Below, piece by piece: positions 53,561-63,507 of a stretch of 64,000 bases of DNA. Positions within the stretch are counted from its first letter, which is position 1. Every line of letters begins with the position of its first letter. The notes beneath the pieces are model-generated. The model ran no database searches and was not told the origin of the DNA. It was given only the letters and a program-made list of their open reading frames with translations. This DNA is from Candidatus Latescibacterota bacterium (GTDB lineage: Bacteria > Latescibacterota > UBA2968 > UBA8231), in assembly GCA_965203175.1 (NCBI GenBank), contig OZ241867.1, positions 2,112,001 through 2,176,000 of the forward strand, written 5' to 3'. A program made the translations under genes and the position numbers.

Positions 53561-55516
53561 ATGGAGCGCAAAATTTACGCCTTTGGCATGGACGGTTTTA
53601 TCGTCCCGATGATGAAGCGATTCGCCGCGGAAGGGGCCTTGCCCCACTTCGAGCGCTTGCTGCGGGAGGGGACGGTCAACCAGACCCTGCCCTCCTTTCC
53701 GGTGTGGACCCCGACTAACTGGGCCACGCTTTCGACGGGGGCGCACACGGGCACGCACGGGGTGACGCGTTGGCGGGTGGAAGTCGCGCCGGGCCAGCGG
53801 ATCGACAGTTTCGATGGGCGGGCCAACAATGCCGAGCGCATCTGGAACGCCTTGGAGCGGGCGGGCATGCAGAGCGTGGCTGTACACTATCCGGCGGCCC
53901 ATCCTTCTGGGGTGGAGACGGGCTTTGTGGTCGATGGTTTTGGCCATCCCGGGCATCGCAGCACGGATTTTGAAGTGGCTATCTGCCAGGCCTATACCAC
54001 GGAGGCCGCGCTAGAGGAAGCCATTGAGATGGACCACGACGGCACGGCCGTGCGGCAGGAACAACGCAGCGTCGAGCCGATTCCGCCGCTAACACCGGCG
54101 CAGGAGTGGCGGAACCTGCCCGCGAGTGAGGCCCCGCCGCTGGAGAGCTGCATTGAGGTGGTGGCTCGGTTGGGTGGGGATGTCACTGCGTTCTACTTGC
54201 TGGCGGTGGACAGTGCGGGAAGAGGTTGCGACCAGGTGTTGGTGTGCCGGGATCGGGATGGGGCCAGTTGCATAGCTGTTGCTAGGGTAGGGGAATGGAG
54301 CGAGTGGGCGGTGGAGGACTTTGCTATTGATGGAAGCAAACGCTCGGCATCGGTGCGCTTCAAGCTGATGGAACTGGCCGCGGATGGCAGCCGGCTCAAG
54401 CTCTACCGCACTCAGGTTACTTATACCGACGGCTTCACGCTGCCCGACGAGTTGGCCGGGGAACTGGTGGAGCGCTTTGGGCCGTATCAGGAACACGCTT
54501 CTATGTTGCCCTATACCGCTGGGATGGCCGATTTTGATACGGCCTTGGAAGAATGCGAGTACCAGGGGATGTGGTTTGCCGAGGTCGCCCGCTACATGCT
54601 GCGCGAGCGGGGCTGTTCCTTTTTTATCTGTCACTGGCATCTGTACGACTATCTCAACCACATCCACCTCGGAGACGTGGATCCTGTGTGTCCGGGGTAC
54701 GAAGCTGAGCGCGCCGAACAGTACGTGGACTATTTCCGACGGGCCTATCAGGTGGGGGACCGCATTCTGGGCCGGCTGTGGGAAGACGCGGATGAGCATA
54801 CGTACGTGGGCGTGGTGTCCGACCACGGGTGCTCGCCCGATGTGCGGGTGGCCAATATCCGGCAGTTTTTGCACGAGCAGGGGTTTCTGGCGCTCAAGGG
54901 CGAAGGGGAAGAGGCTCTGGTGCGCGATCAGGTGCGCGAGGAGGATATCGACTGGGAACACACCCGGGCCTATATGAAGGACGACAAGGGGTTCGACATT
55001 TTCATCAACGCCGAGCCGGGGCCGGAATTCGACCGCATTGAGGCCGAGCTGCTGCTGGCCTTGCGCACGTGGGTTGACGAGGAAGTGGGGCGCAATCCAG
55101 TGGCCATAGCCCTGCCTCGGCGGGACGCGTACATCCTCGGGCAGTGGGGAGACCAGTGCGGCGATGTGGTCTTTGCTTGGGACCACGGGTACGTGAGTGG
55201 GTACTACGGCCAGTGGCGCGGCATTGCCGGCGAGGGCAGCGTTGGAGCGCCCAATGTGTTCGGGGCGCACCACGGGGGATTTCTGCCGACCCAAAGTGAG
55301 GATTCGTCCAGCTTTGGCTCGTGGTTGCTGGCTGGGCCGGGTGTTAAGCAGGGCTACGAGCGGTCGGTGGACAAATTGGGGTACATCCACGCTGCCGATG
55401 TAGTGCCCACCTTCTGCCAGATACTGGGAGCCGAGCCGCCGCACCAAGCGCAGGGGACGGTGGCGCGGGATTTGTTTGAGGGGCACGAGATGGTCAGGGA
55501 GCGGGATCCAGTCTGA
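53561..55516 (+). CDS. Alkaline phosphatase superfamily, type I phosphodiesterase-like
   Basis: FGMDG, TPTNWATLSTG..HG, VVSDHG, ADVVPT. Confidence 0.85.
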   Translation: MERKIYAFGMDGFIVPMMKRFAAEGALPHFERLLREGTVNQTLPSFPVWTPTNWATLSTGAHTGTHGVTRWRVEVAPGQRIDSFDGRANNAERIWNALERAGMQSVAVHYPAAHPSGVETGFVVDGFGHPGHRSTDFEVAICQAYTTEAALEEAIEMDHDGTAVRQEQRSVEPIPPLTPAQEWRNLPASEAPPLESCIEVVARLGGDVTAFYLLAVDSAGRGCDQVLVCRDRDGASCIAVARVGEWSEWAVEDFAIDGSKRSASVRFKLMELAADGSRLKLYRTQVTYTDGFTLPDELAGELVERFGPYQEHASMLPYTAGMADFDTALEECEYQGMWFAEVARYMLRERGCSFFICHWHLYDYLNHIHLGDVDPVCPGYEAERAEQYVDYFRRAYQVGDRILGRLWEDADEHTYVGVVSDHGCSPDVRVANIRQFLHEQGFLALKGEGEEALVRDQVREEDIDWEHTRAYMKDDKGFDIFINAEPGPEFDRIEAELLLALRTWVDEEVGRNPVAIALPRRDAYILGQWGDQCGDVVFAWDHGYVSGYYGQWRGIAGEGSVGAPNVFGAHHGGFLPTQSEDSSSFGSWLLAGPGVKQGYERSVDKLGYIHAADVVPTFCQILGAEPPHQAQGTVARDLFEGHEMVRERDPV

Positions 55517-55518
55517 GA

Positions 55519-57261
55519 TCAACCCTCCTCCTCGTAGACAGCTTCCCCTCGGTGCAGCCGCTGGGCGATCTGGAGCGTTTGGAGCAGCTCGCGCTGAGTT
55601 GGTGCCTTGGCCGCCAGAAAACGGGCTGCGGCCACCATCAGAATCCGTTGCTCGCCGACGTCGGTGCGCTCACCATACTGACGGATGGCTGCCTCGAGCA
55701 TCTGGAAGCTGTGGAACTCGGCGTCCTCTCTCACTAGGGATTCCGCCAGCGTGCGGAACAGAGGTCCCGGTTCACCGCCCGATGTCAGAAAACTATTGAC
55801 GAGTCGCCCAGCTTCATCGACCTGCTGCTGCTGGTTGAGTAGCAGTAGGTATTTCTCCATCTGGCCATCGCCCGCCTCTGCCGAGCTGGGGTCAGGTAAG
55901 CGGGCAGCCGGAACATTGAGAAAACGGTCGAGGTAGACGCGCATCGCCCCATGGTATACGCCGCGCAGCATCTCGGTCGACTCGGCTCTCTTCAGCATCT
56001 GATGCAGTGCGTTGGCGTAAGAAAAGGTGTGCAGCACCGAGATCCAGTCGGAGAACTCGTTGCGCACGTGAAATCTGACGATGCGCAGCGCCGCTGCTAG
56101 CGCTACCGCCTCTGCCAGCTGCACTGGGCGCGCGCCCTGCCTCAGCGCTTCGTTCAGGGCCGCTACGATCGCATGAGGATCGTCCCGTAGAAGTTCCTCG
56201 GCGAATCCACTGTCTCGTTTCCACTCTCCTCCCTGGCCTTCTTTTAGCAGTTGATTTAGCGAGCCAAAGGTCTCGCTCAGCAGCGTCATGAGGTCGACAG
56301 GGGAGCGCCAGCTATTCTGCTCTTCGCTGCGCTGTGCCCCGCTCAGCTGGCGAATCAGGGAGGGCAGGACGTCTGCCGCGTGCTCCCAGCCAATGCGGTC
56401 GAGTAGCTCGAATGCCTTGTTGATGAAGTCGATGACGTGGCCACCGTCGAGGTAGAAGTGGTCGGTTGCCGCTGTCGCCATCATTTCGGCCAGGTCGGCT
56501 TGGCTCGAAGGGTGCTCGATGGCTGCCAGCAAGGTGCGTTCGGCTCCGTCGGCATTGCGCACTTCGATCAGGTAGCGGAACCACCGTCTCAGCGCGGCGT
56601 GCGGGATATCCTTGCTCTCGAGAGGCCGCAACGGGATGCGCGGCGGCTGACCACTGGTGTTCGACGCCACGTGTAAGACCCCTTGGTACAAAGGGGCGAT
56701 GCGCTCGTCGCCTTCGAGATGGTCGCTGACGTTGGCCATTGCCGAGAGGATCGTCATGCCATCTGCCCAACCCGAACGCCGCCGCCGCACTCCGTACAGG
56801 CCGCTTACCCGCACGATGTCGTTCGGATTCGCCCCAGCGCGTATGAGCGCGACGACGGCTTTGGCGACCACCAGTCTGATGTTCTGGTCCATACCCTCTT
56901 CGAGTCGGCGCAGGCCGCGCTCGACCGGGTCGTGAGGGGTTGCGGACACAGCGACGTATACGCGACCGTCCACGACTTCGACCGGGTAGACCGTGGCGTC
57001 GTCGGCAAACAGATCAAAGGTGCAACCGCTCTTGAGATCGAATCGGGCGTGATGCCAGTGACAGGTCAGAATGCCGTCCTCGACGGTTCCACGATGCAAG
57101 GGAAACCCCATGTGTGGACATCTGTTGTCCACGGCGTGTAGGTCGCCCTCCGAGTAGAAGACGACAATCGGCACAGGTCCGCCCGAGACCAGAGCCCTCC
57201 CCTTGAGCTTGATCTCATCCAGAGATCCCGCGTCCAGCAGTTTTGTCGCTGAGTTTTCCAT
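55519..57261 (-). CDS. Rieske [2Fe-2S] protein with long helical C-terminal region
   Basis: NRCPHMGFPL...TCHWHHARFD; His motifs GHVIDF, LHTFSYANA, FHSFQ. Confidence 0.85.
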   Translation of the reverse strand: MENSATKLLDAGSLDEIKLKGRALVSGGPVPIVVFYSEGDLHAVDNRCPHMGFPLHRGTVEDGILTCHWHHARFDLKSGCTFDLFADDATVYPVEVVDGRVYVAVSATPHDPVERGLRRLEEGMDQNIRLVVAKAVVALIRAGANPNDIVRVSGLYGVRRRRSGWADGMTILSAMANVSDHLEGDERIAPLYQGVLHVASNTSGQPPRIPLRPLESKDIPHAALRRWFRYLIEVRNADGAERTLLAAIEHPSSQADLAEMMATAATDHFYLDGGHVIDFINKAFELLDRIGWEHAADVLPSLIRQLSGAQRSEEQNSWRSPVDLMTLLSETFGSLNQLLKEGQGGEWKRDSGFAEELLRDDPHAIVAALNEALRQGARPVQLAEAVALAAALRIVRFHVRNEFSDWISVLHTFSYANALHQMLKRAESTEMLRGVYHGAMRVYLDRFLNVPAARLPDPSSAEAGDGQMEKYLLLLNQQQQVDEAGRLVNSFLTSGGEPGPLFRTLAESLVREDAEFHSFQMLEAAIRQYGERTDVGEQRILMVAAARFLAAKAPTQRELLQTLQIAQRLHRGEAVYEEEG

Positions 57262-57351
57262 GACTTTTCCTTTCGCTTGGCATTCGTCTCGCAGGTCATT
57301 CCCGGTCGCGAAAGCCGATGAGATAGAGGCTCTCCGATGAGCTATGGACTG

Positions 57352-57382
57352 AACCTACAACTTCAAGTATACTTGAAGTCAA
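57352..57382 (-). promoter_or_regulatory. SoxR-activated promoter with sox box
   Basis: Perfect 20-bp palindrome ACTTCAAGTATACTTGAAGT (57360-57379); minus strand TTGACT-19 bp-TAGGTT. Confidence 0.9.
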
Positions 57383-57392
57383 GGAGAATCTT

Positions 57393-57863
57393 ATGACGGA
57401 ACTTTCACACTTTCTGACCATCGGTGAGGTAGCGGCGCGAAGCGGAGTCGCGACCTCTGCGCTGCGCTTCTATGAAGAGCAGGGACTGATCTCATCCGAG
57501 CGGAGCAGGGGCAACCAGCGACGGTATCGACGGGCCGTATTGCGTCGCGTCGCCGTCATTCGGGCAGCCCAAGCGATCGGCGTATCTCTGCGGGAAATCC
57601 GCTCAGCACTGGATGCGCTTCCCGACGGACGCACGCCGAACAAAGCGGACTGGGCCAGCCTGTCGCGGAGCTGGAGAGATCAGCTCGAAGAGCGGATTGA
57701 GGTGCTGGAGAAGTTGAAAGAGGGCCTGACCGGCTGCATAGGCTGTGGCTGCCTGTCCCTGCGGACGTGCTGGCTGTTCAACCGGGATGACGAGGTGGCA
57801 TCTCGCGTCGACGGCAGCTTTCTGATGGGAAGACCTGAGGCGCGGCACCCATCCTCTAGGTGA
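57393..57863 (+). CDS. soxR: Redox-sensitive transcriptional activator SoxR
   Basis: MerR HTH, GNQRRY, [2Fe-2S] motif CIGCGCLSLRTC. Confidence 0.95.
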   Translation: MTELSHFLTIGEVAARSGVATSALRFYEEQGLISSERSRGNQRRYRRAVLRRVAVIRAAQAIGVSLREIRSALDALPDGRTPNKADWASLSRSWRDQLEERIEVLEKLKEGLTGCIGCGCLSLRTCWLFNRDDEVASRVDGSFLMGRPEARHPSSR

Positions 57864-57902
57864 GGTGCCAATACCACAACTGAGAAAGGCGGGAGAACGG
57901 AG

Positions 57903-58880
57903 ATGAGTGAGACAATGCCAATGGAGAAGCACGTGCTGGTGTGCGACTGGGTGTCCGAAGATCTCGATCCGGAAAGGGAACGGCTCGGGCGAGCGGGGAT
58001 TGCGCTTTCCTCGTCGGGAATCGCGGTCACCGATTCAGTGGATGAGAAGCGGTGCAAACTGAAGCAGGCGATCGCCTCGGTGCCTCGCATCGACGCGCTA
58101 ATGTTCTGCATCGCCCCCATAGATGCGGAGATCATCGGCCTGCTTCCGGGCAGTTGTAAACTGCTGCAGCGATATGGTACGGGTCTCGACAACGTCGACC
58201 TAAAAGCGGCTGCCGAACGCGGCATGAGCGTCCGCAATACGCCGCAGTACTGCGTCGAGGAAGTGGCGGTCCACGCCATGGGCATGTTGCTGGCCCTGCA
58301 CCGCCAGATTGGATCGACGCAGGAGCGGCTGCTCTGCGGGGAGTGGTCGCTGAAACCACCGGCTCCCATCCGGCGGTTGAGCAGGCTGAGGCTGGGAGTG
58401 CTGGGATTCGGCCGCATCGGCCGCAAGTTGGGTGAACTGATGCGGTCCTTGGTGCGAGACGTGGTCTATTTCGACGAAGTGGAGGCCGCTGGGATCGACT
58501 GGGCTGCGCGGATTGGGCGGGAAGAGCTGCTGAGAACGGCGGATCTGGTTTCGCTGCACCTGCCGCTGACGCCTCAGACGCGCTGTATCATCAACGCCGA
58601 GACCCTAGCGATGATGAAGAAGTCCGCCTTGTTGGTCAACGCGGCGCGCGGTGCCCTGGTCGACTCTGAGGCGTTGGCTGCGGCCCTGAACGAGGGACGG
58701 CTCGGCGGTGCCGGCCTAGACGTTTTCGAACCGGAGATCCTTCCCAGCGACTCCCCGCTGCGGACGGCGGCGAATATCCTGCTGACGAGCCATACGGCTT
58801 GGTATAGCGAGGATTCGGTTCAGGACGCGCGGGTCGAGGCCGTGGAGAGTGTGATAGAAGTGCTCGGCGAAGGGGAGTAG
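57903..58880 (+). CDS. D-2-hydroxyacid dehydrogenase (CtBP/SerA-like)
   Basis: GFGRIG, LVNAARG, LDVFEPE, TSHTAWYS. Confidence 0.9.
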   Translation: MSETMPMEKHVLVCDWVSEDLDPERERLGRAGIALSSSGIAVTDSVDEKRCKLKQAIASVPRIDALMFCIAPIDAEIIGLLPGSCKLLQRYGTGLDNVDLKAAAERGMSVRNTPQYCVEEVAVHAMGMLLALHRQIGSTQERLLCGEWSLKPPAPIRRLSRLRLGVLGFGRIGRKLGELMRSLVRDVVYFDEVEAAGIDWAARIGREELLRTADLVSLHLPLTPQTRCIINAETLAMMKKSALLVNAARGALVDSEALAAALNEGRLGGAGLDVFEPEILPSDSPLRTAANILLTSHTAWYSEDSVQDARVEAVESVIEVLGEGE

Positions 58881-58897
58881 GTACCAGGCTCACCCGA

Positions 58898-60379
58898 CTA
58901 CACCTCCGGCAGCGGCGCTGTGTCTCCGACCTCCTGCTGCCACAGCCGCAAGCGCGCCGCCATCCAGCGCACGCGGTCGCGGTGCTCGGGCCGGTCGAAG
59001 AGGTTGGTGATCTCCGCCGGGTCTTTGTTCAGGTCGAACAGTTCCCCCTGATCTGCGGCGCACAGGGTCAGCTTCCAGCGGTCCGCGGTGACGACGCTGC
59101 GCCACGGCGCGGTCTTGAGCAGGTTGAGTTGGCGCACTCGTTCGGCCGGCATGGTGTGCGACTCGGAGGCCGATGTCAGGTCGCGGTCGCCGACGCCGTT
59201 GTGCTGGATGAACACGTCGTTGTCGCTCAGATCGGCCTCACCCCTGAGCACGGCCGCGCGACTGACCCCGGTCAGGCAGTCGGGCACTTTCTGCCCCATC
59301 AGCTCGAGCAGCGTGGGCACGAAGTCGATCTGGCTGAAGTTGCCGGCGATGCGGCGCTGGCCCTCGTGTAGCCACGGTGCCCGCACCAGCAAGGGCACCC
59401 GGGACGCCTCCTCGTAAGGAGAGCGCATCTCCACGTGACCGTGGGTGCCGACCATCTCGCCGTGGTCGCTGGTGAACACGACGATCGTGTTGTCCCGCAG
59501 TCCCATCTCGTCGATGGCGTCTAGGATGCTGCCCACCATGCCGTCGACCAGCGACACGCAGCCGTAGTAGTTGGCCAGCATGCGCCGGCATCCCGCATCA
59601 GTGGTCAGATCAAAGCCGCCGTTGTGCACGGCCTGCATCCAGAACTCCGCCCGGATCCGATTGAACAGCGAGTGTCCCTCCGGGTAGGTGCGGAAGGTCT
59701 CGTCGACCGGCATGGTCTCGGGGTCGTAGAGGTCGTTGTAGGGACTGGTAAAGGGCGGGTGCGGCTCCTTGGAGCTGACGTAGAGGACAAAGGGCCGCTC
59801 GGCGTTACGCTCGATGAACGCCGCCGCCTGCTGACCGAGCCAAGTGGCCATGTGATACTCCGCGGGCAACTCGGCGCGGAAGTCGTCGGAGAACATCCCG
59901 CCCGCGGGGTGCTTGGCGTCGGGCGCAAAGCCCTTGTCGACGAGCCAGTGGTGGTAGGGAGACAACTGTTGCTCGAGCCCGTCGCTGGTGTACTGGCGCC
60001 ACCAGCTATCGAAACAGGCGATCCACTCGTCAAAGCCGTGCTGCCTTTGGATCTCATTGCCGAGGTGCCACTTGCCGATATACCCGGTGTGGTAGTCGTC
60101 GGTGAGCATCTCGGCGATGGTCGGCACGTCGTCGGGTAGGATGTGCAGGTTCACTGGCATGCCGGCGTCGACTGGGTAGAGCCCGCACATGATGGAGGCG
60201 CGAGACGGACAGCAGACCGCTTGGGTGACGTAGCAGTTGTCAAAGACGAGGCTCTCTTCGGCCAGCCGGTTCAGGCGCGGGACTTGGATCCAGTCGTTGC
60301 CGTAGCAGGCCAGCGTGTCGCGGCGTTGCCGATCCGGGAGCATAAAGACGAGGTTCGGGCGCTTGGGTGCCTGTGCCAT
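58898..60379 (-). CDS. Formylglycine-type sulfatase
   Basis: RPNLVF, CCPSRAS (CxPxR), GKWHLG, FTSDHGE. Confidence 0.92.
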   Translation of the reverse strand: MAQAPKRPNLVFMLPDRQRRDTLACYGNDWIQVPRLNRLAEESLVFDNCYVTQAVCCPSRASIMCGLYPVDAGMPVNLHILPDDVPTIAEMLTDDYHTGYIGKWHLGNEIQRQHGFDEWIACFDSWWRQYTSDGLEQQLSPYHHWLVDKGFAPDAKHPAGGMFSDDFRAELPAEYHMATWLGQQAAAFIERNAERPFVLYVSSKEPHPPFTSPYNDLYDPETMPVDETFRTYPEGHSLFNRIRAEFWMQAVHNGGFDLTTDAGCRRMLANYYGCVSLVDGMVGSILDAIDEMGLRDNTIVVFTSDHGEMVGTHGHVEMRSPYEEASRVPLLVRAPWLHEGQRRIAGNFSQIDFVPTLLELMGQKVPDCLTGVSRAAVLRGEADLSDNDVFIQHNGVGDRDLTSASESHTMPAERVRQLNLLKTAPWRSVVTADRWKLTLCAADQGELFDLNKDPAEITNLFDRPEHRDRVRWMAARLRLWQQEVGDTAPLPEV

Positions 60380-60502
60380 GCAAGTCTCCCTTTAGCGAGG
60401 CTCAATGCCCGTGCCGACCCCGCCGGAGGTTTTCAGACGCAGACGGCTTCTCAGGCCGATTGCATTGAAGTAGGCGCGATGATTTGGCATACTTACTGCG
60501 GA

Positions 60503-60739
60503 TCAAAGTAAATGCCCTACTGGAATTACCTCATTGCGTTCAGCTGCTTTCTTGCCCGTGGCTATTTCGTGCACTGCATGAAGGATATCGGCGGAATAAT
60601 ACCGATTGCCGCACGAATCGCAGACGCCTATGGCGACATCTTCCAGAATCACAAATCTATTTTTGTGCTTGAACGCCTCATGCGCGACAAGACGTGGTTT
60701 AACCGTTCCGTCGCAGTATTCGCAATTGTATCCGTACAT
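60503..60739 (-). CDS. YgiT-type zinc-finger protein (orphan antitoxin-like)
   Basis: CEYC...CDSCG..YY. Confidence 0.8.
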   Translation of the reverse strand: MYGYNCEYCDGTVKPRLVAHEAFKHKNRFVILEDVAIGVCDSCGNRYYSADILHAVHEIATGKKAAERNEVIPVGHLL

Positions 60740-60855
60740 GGCCCTTATTCCTCGAGTTCATAACTTAGATTATTCTTGGCCTGTCTCCAAGCAGATCTCC
60801 TTGAGATGGCCATCGCCAAGAGGTGAAGTGTAAGAGCGCCACCGATCGCTCCTAC

Positions 60856-60894
60856 TTGACCTGATAGAAATTATAGACTAAGCTTAGCTAAGTC
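60856..60894 (+). promoter_or_regulatory. vapBC promoter/operator
   Basis: TTGACC-17 bp-TAAGCT; imperfect palindrome GACTAAGCTTAGCTAAGTC. Confidence 0.6.
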
Positions 60895-60912
60895 ATAAAA
60901 GGAGCCGGAGCT

Positions 60913-61152
60913 ATGCAGATCACCAATATACACCAGGCCAAAAGTCAGCTTTCGCGCTTGATCGAACGCGTGTTGCAGGGGGAAGAGATCGTCATCGGAC
61001 GGGCGGGTAAGCCAGTGGCTAAACTGGTTCCCTACGTCCAGCCTTACCGTCCCCGCAAGGGCGGACAGTGGCGTGGCCGGATCGAAATGGCCGAGGACTT
61101 CGACGCGTTGCCCGAGGAATTGGAAGCGGCTTTCAAGGGTGAAAAGCCGTGA
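60913..61152 (+). CDS. vapB: Phd/YefM-family antitoxin
   Basis: NIHQAKSQLSRLI...GEEIVI.RAGKPVAKL. Confidence 0.9.
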   Translation: MQITNIHQAKSQLSRLIERVLQGEEIVIGRAGKPVAKLVPYVQPYRPRKGGQWRGRIEMAEDFDALPEELEAAFKGEKP

Positions 61153-61526
61153 AATTGCTGCTCGATACCCACGTGCTGCTGTGGTGGCTGGACGATCCCG
61201 ATCTGCTCACCCCTCCGGCTCGGGCGGCCATTGCCCGGGATAGCAATGCGGTCTTCGTCAGTGCGGCGGTGGTCTGGGAAATAGCCATCAAAAAGGCCCT
61301 AGGCAAACTCCGGGCTCCCGATGATCTGGAAGCAGTCATGGAAGAAGAGCGCTTTCAACCTCTGTCCATCGCCGTGCCGCACGCCTTGGCCTTGGCTTCC
61401 CTGCCGTCCGTCCACCAGGATCCCTTCGACCGCATCCAGGTGGCGCAAGCGCAATTGGAGAGCTTGACTCTGGTGACGCGGGATACTCGCCTCCAACAGT
61501 ACGGCGTCCCCTATATCGACGCCTGA
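61149..61526 (+). CDS. vapC: VapC PIN toxin
   Basis: LLLDTHVLLW, VWEIAIK, HQDPFDR, LVTRD. Confidence 0.92.
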   Translation: MKLLLDTHVLLWWLDDPDLLTPPARAAIARDSNAVFVSAAVVWEIAIKKALGKLRAPDDLEAVMEEERFQPLSIAVPHALALASLPSVHQDPFDRIQVAQAQLESLTLVTRDTRLQQYGVPYIDA

Positions 61527-61553
61527 ACTTCAATGCCTTATTGAGGAGGAACC

Positions 61554-62438
61554 ATGGACAATTTGACTAAACGCACCTTGGGTCGCACGGGGCTCGAGGT
61601 CACCCAACTCGGCTTTGGAGCGGCTGAGCGCGGCTTGCCGGATGAGGCGGAGTACGACGGTCAGGCCGGCAGCGTCTTGAATGCGGCCCTCGATGCGGGG
61701 ATCAACCTCGTTGACACGGCCCCGGATTACGGCGCGAGCGAGGGGCGGGTCGGCAAGTACCTCGGCCATCGCCGCGACGAGTTTTTCCTTGCTACCAAGT
61801 GTGGCTGCAACATCGACGAGGATGGCAACAGGCTGGACCCAAACCACCTGTGGACGGCCGAGCGCCTGCGCACCAACATCAACCAGAGCCTGCGCCGCCT
61901 AAAGACCGACTGCGTGGATCTGCTACAGATGCACAATCCCACCGTGGAAGATGTTGAGTTGGGAGGACTGATCGAAGTGCTTGAGGATATTCGACAGGCG
62001 GGAAAGACTCGTTTCATCGGCGTGTCTTCCACGCTGCCGCACTTGGCCGCGTTCGTGGAGTCGGGTGCGTTTGATGTGTTTCAGATTCCCTACTCCGCCC
62101 TTGAGCGCCAGCACGAAAGGATGATTCAGCAAGCGGCCGACGTCGGCGCTGGCATTCTCATTCGCGGCGGCATTAGCTTGGGCCACCGAGCCAATGAGGA
62201 ACGCGAATCGAAGTGGGAGCAGTCCGGTCTCGACGAACTCATCGGCGGGATGAGTCGCCACGAGTTTATCCTGCGCTTCACCCTTGCGCATCCAGCGTGC
62301 CACACAACGATTGTCGGCACGACGAACCTCGAACACATGAAGTCCAATGTTGCTGCGGCCTTGGCAGGTCCATTGCCCGCGGATCTCTACGCAGAGGCAA
62401 AGGCTCGGCTGGCGAGTATTGGCGAGGAGCCGGAATAG
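61554..62438 (+). CDS. Aldo/keto reductase
   Basis: LGRTGLEV, DTAPDYG, LATKCG, DLLQMH. Confidence 0.9.
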   Translation: MDNLTKRTLGRTGLEVTQLGFGAAERGLPDEAEYDGQAGSVLNAALDAGINLVDTAPDYGASEGRVGKYLGHRRDEFFLATKCGCNIDEDGNRLDPNHLWTAERLRTNINQSLRRLKTDCVDLLQMHNPTVEDVELGGLIEVLEDIRQAGKTRFIGVSSTLPHLAAFVESGAFDVFQIPYSALERQHERMIQQAADVGAGILIRGGISLGHRANEERESKWEQSGLDELIGGMSRHEFILRFTLAHPACHTTIVGTTNLEHMKSNVAAALAGPLPADLYAEAKARLASIGEEPE

Positions 62439-62473
62439 CTCTATCTGGCCTGGGAGCAGAGTCTCGTAAGCCT

Positions 62474-63493
62474 ATGCACTGGAATTCCCTAGACAAGCTC
62501 GTCGAGGAGTGCGCTTTCTCCGGCGTCGTCCGTGTTCGGCGACATGGCCAGACAATGTACGAGAGAGCTGCAGGGTTTGCCGATCGCGCCAACTCCATCG
62601 CCAACACCGCCGAGACGCGCTTTGGCATCGCTTCTGGAACGAAGCTGCTGACGGCATTGACCGTGGGTCGTCTCATCGACGCGGGTCGGCTGGCATTGAC
62701 TACGCAAGTGCGCGACTGCGTCTCAGTGGAGTTGCCGGATTACTCAGCGGCCATCACCATCCAGCATCTGCTTACCCACACCTCTGGGATTCCCGATTAT
62801 TACGACGAAGAGCTCATCGAGGATTTCGACAATTTCACCGTCGGCATACCCTGGTACGAGCTAAGAGGTCCGAAGGACTATCTGCCGGTGTTCCCACAAC
62901 GGGAGATGAAGTTTGCACCGGGGGAAGGGTTCTCGTACTGCAACAGCGGTTACATCCTGCTAGGTATAGTGGTAGAAGAGATAACGGGAAAGCGCTTTCA
63001 GGACGTCGTCGCCGAGGAGATCCTCGGACCAGCGAGAATGGATCGCTCTGGATTCTTCGCCATGAACCAACTGCCAGAATGCACGGCTCTTGGCTACATC
63101 GAAGACGGAGATAGCTGGCGGACGAACATCTACAACCTGCCCATTGTTGGGGCTTCGGACGGCGGTTTGGTCTCGACGCTGGCAGACATCGCGGCTCTCT
63201 GGGACGGGTTCTGGAACGGCGAGATCGTCTCCGAGGAATTGGTGCGCACCTTCAGTGCGCCTTTCGCCAATGCCAACGGCGATTCCGGTCTCCACTACGG
63301 ACATGGAATGTGGATTCGCAGACGCGCAGACGGAACTCTCCAGCACTATATCATGGGAGCGGATCCCGGTATTTCCTGCAAGTCTGCCATTGACTGTCAG
63401 CGGCAGTTGGACTACGCGGTTCTTGCGAACACTTCCGAAGGCGCGTGGCCGATTGCAAGGGCTATCGACGACGTTCTCGGAAAAGAGAAATAA
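62474..63493 (+). CDS. Serine hydrolase, beta-lactamase family
   Basis: ASGTK, LLTHTSG, YCNSGY; start ATG 62474. Confidence 0.88.
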   Translation: MHWNSLDKLVEECAFSGVVRVRRHGQTMYERAAGFADRANSIANTAETRFGIASGTKLLTALTVGRLIDAGRLALTTQVRDCVSVELPDYSAAITIQHLLTHTSGIPDYYDEELIEDFDNFTVGIPWYELRGPKDYLPVFPQREMKFAPGEGFSYCNSGYILLGIVVEEITGKRFQDVVAEEILGPARMDRSGFFAMNQLPECTALGYIEDGDSWRTNIYNLPIVGASDGGLVSTLADIAALWDGFWNGEIVSEELVRTFSAPFANANGDSGLHYGHGMWIRRRADGTLQHYIMGADPGISCKSAIDCQRQLDYAVLANTSEGAWPIARAIDDVLGKEK

Positions 63494-63507
63494 AGCGATT
63501 GGGGGCC

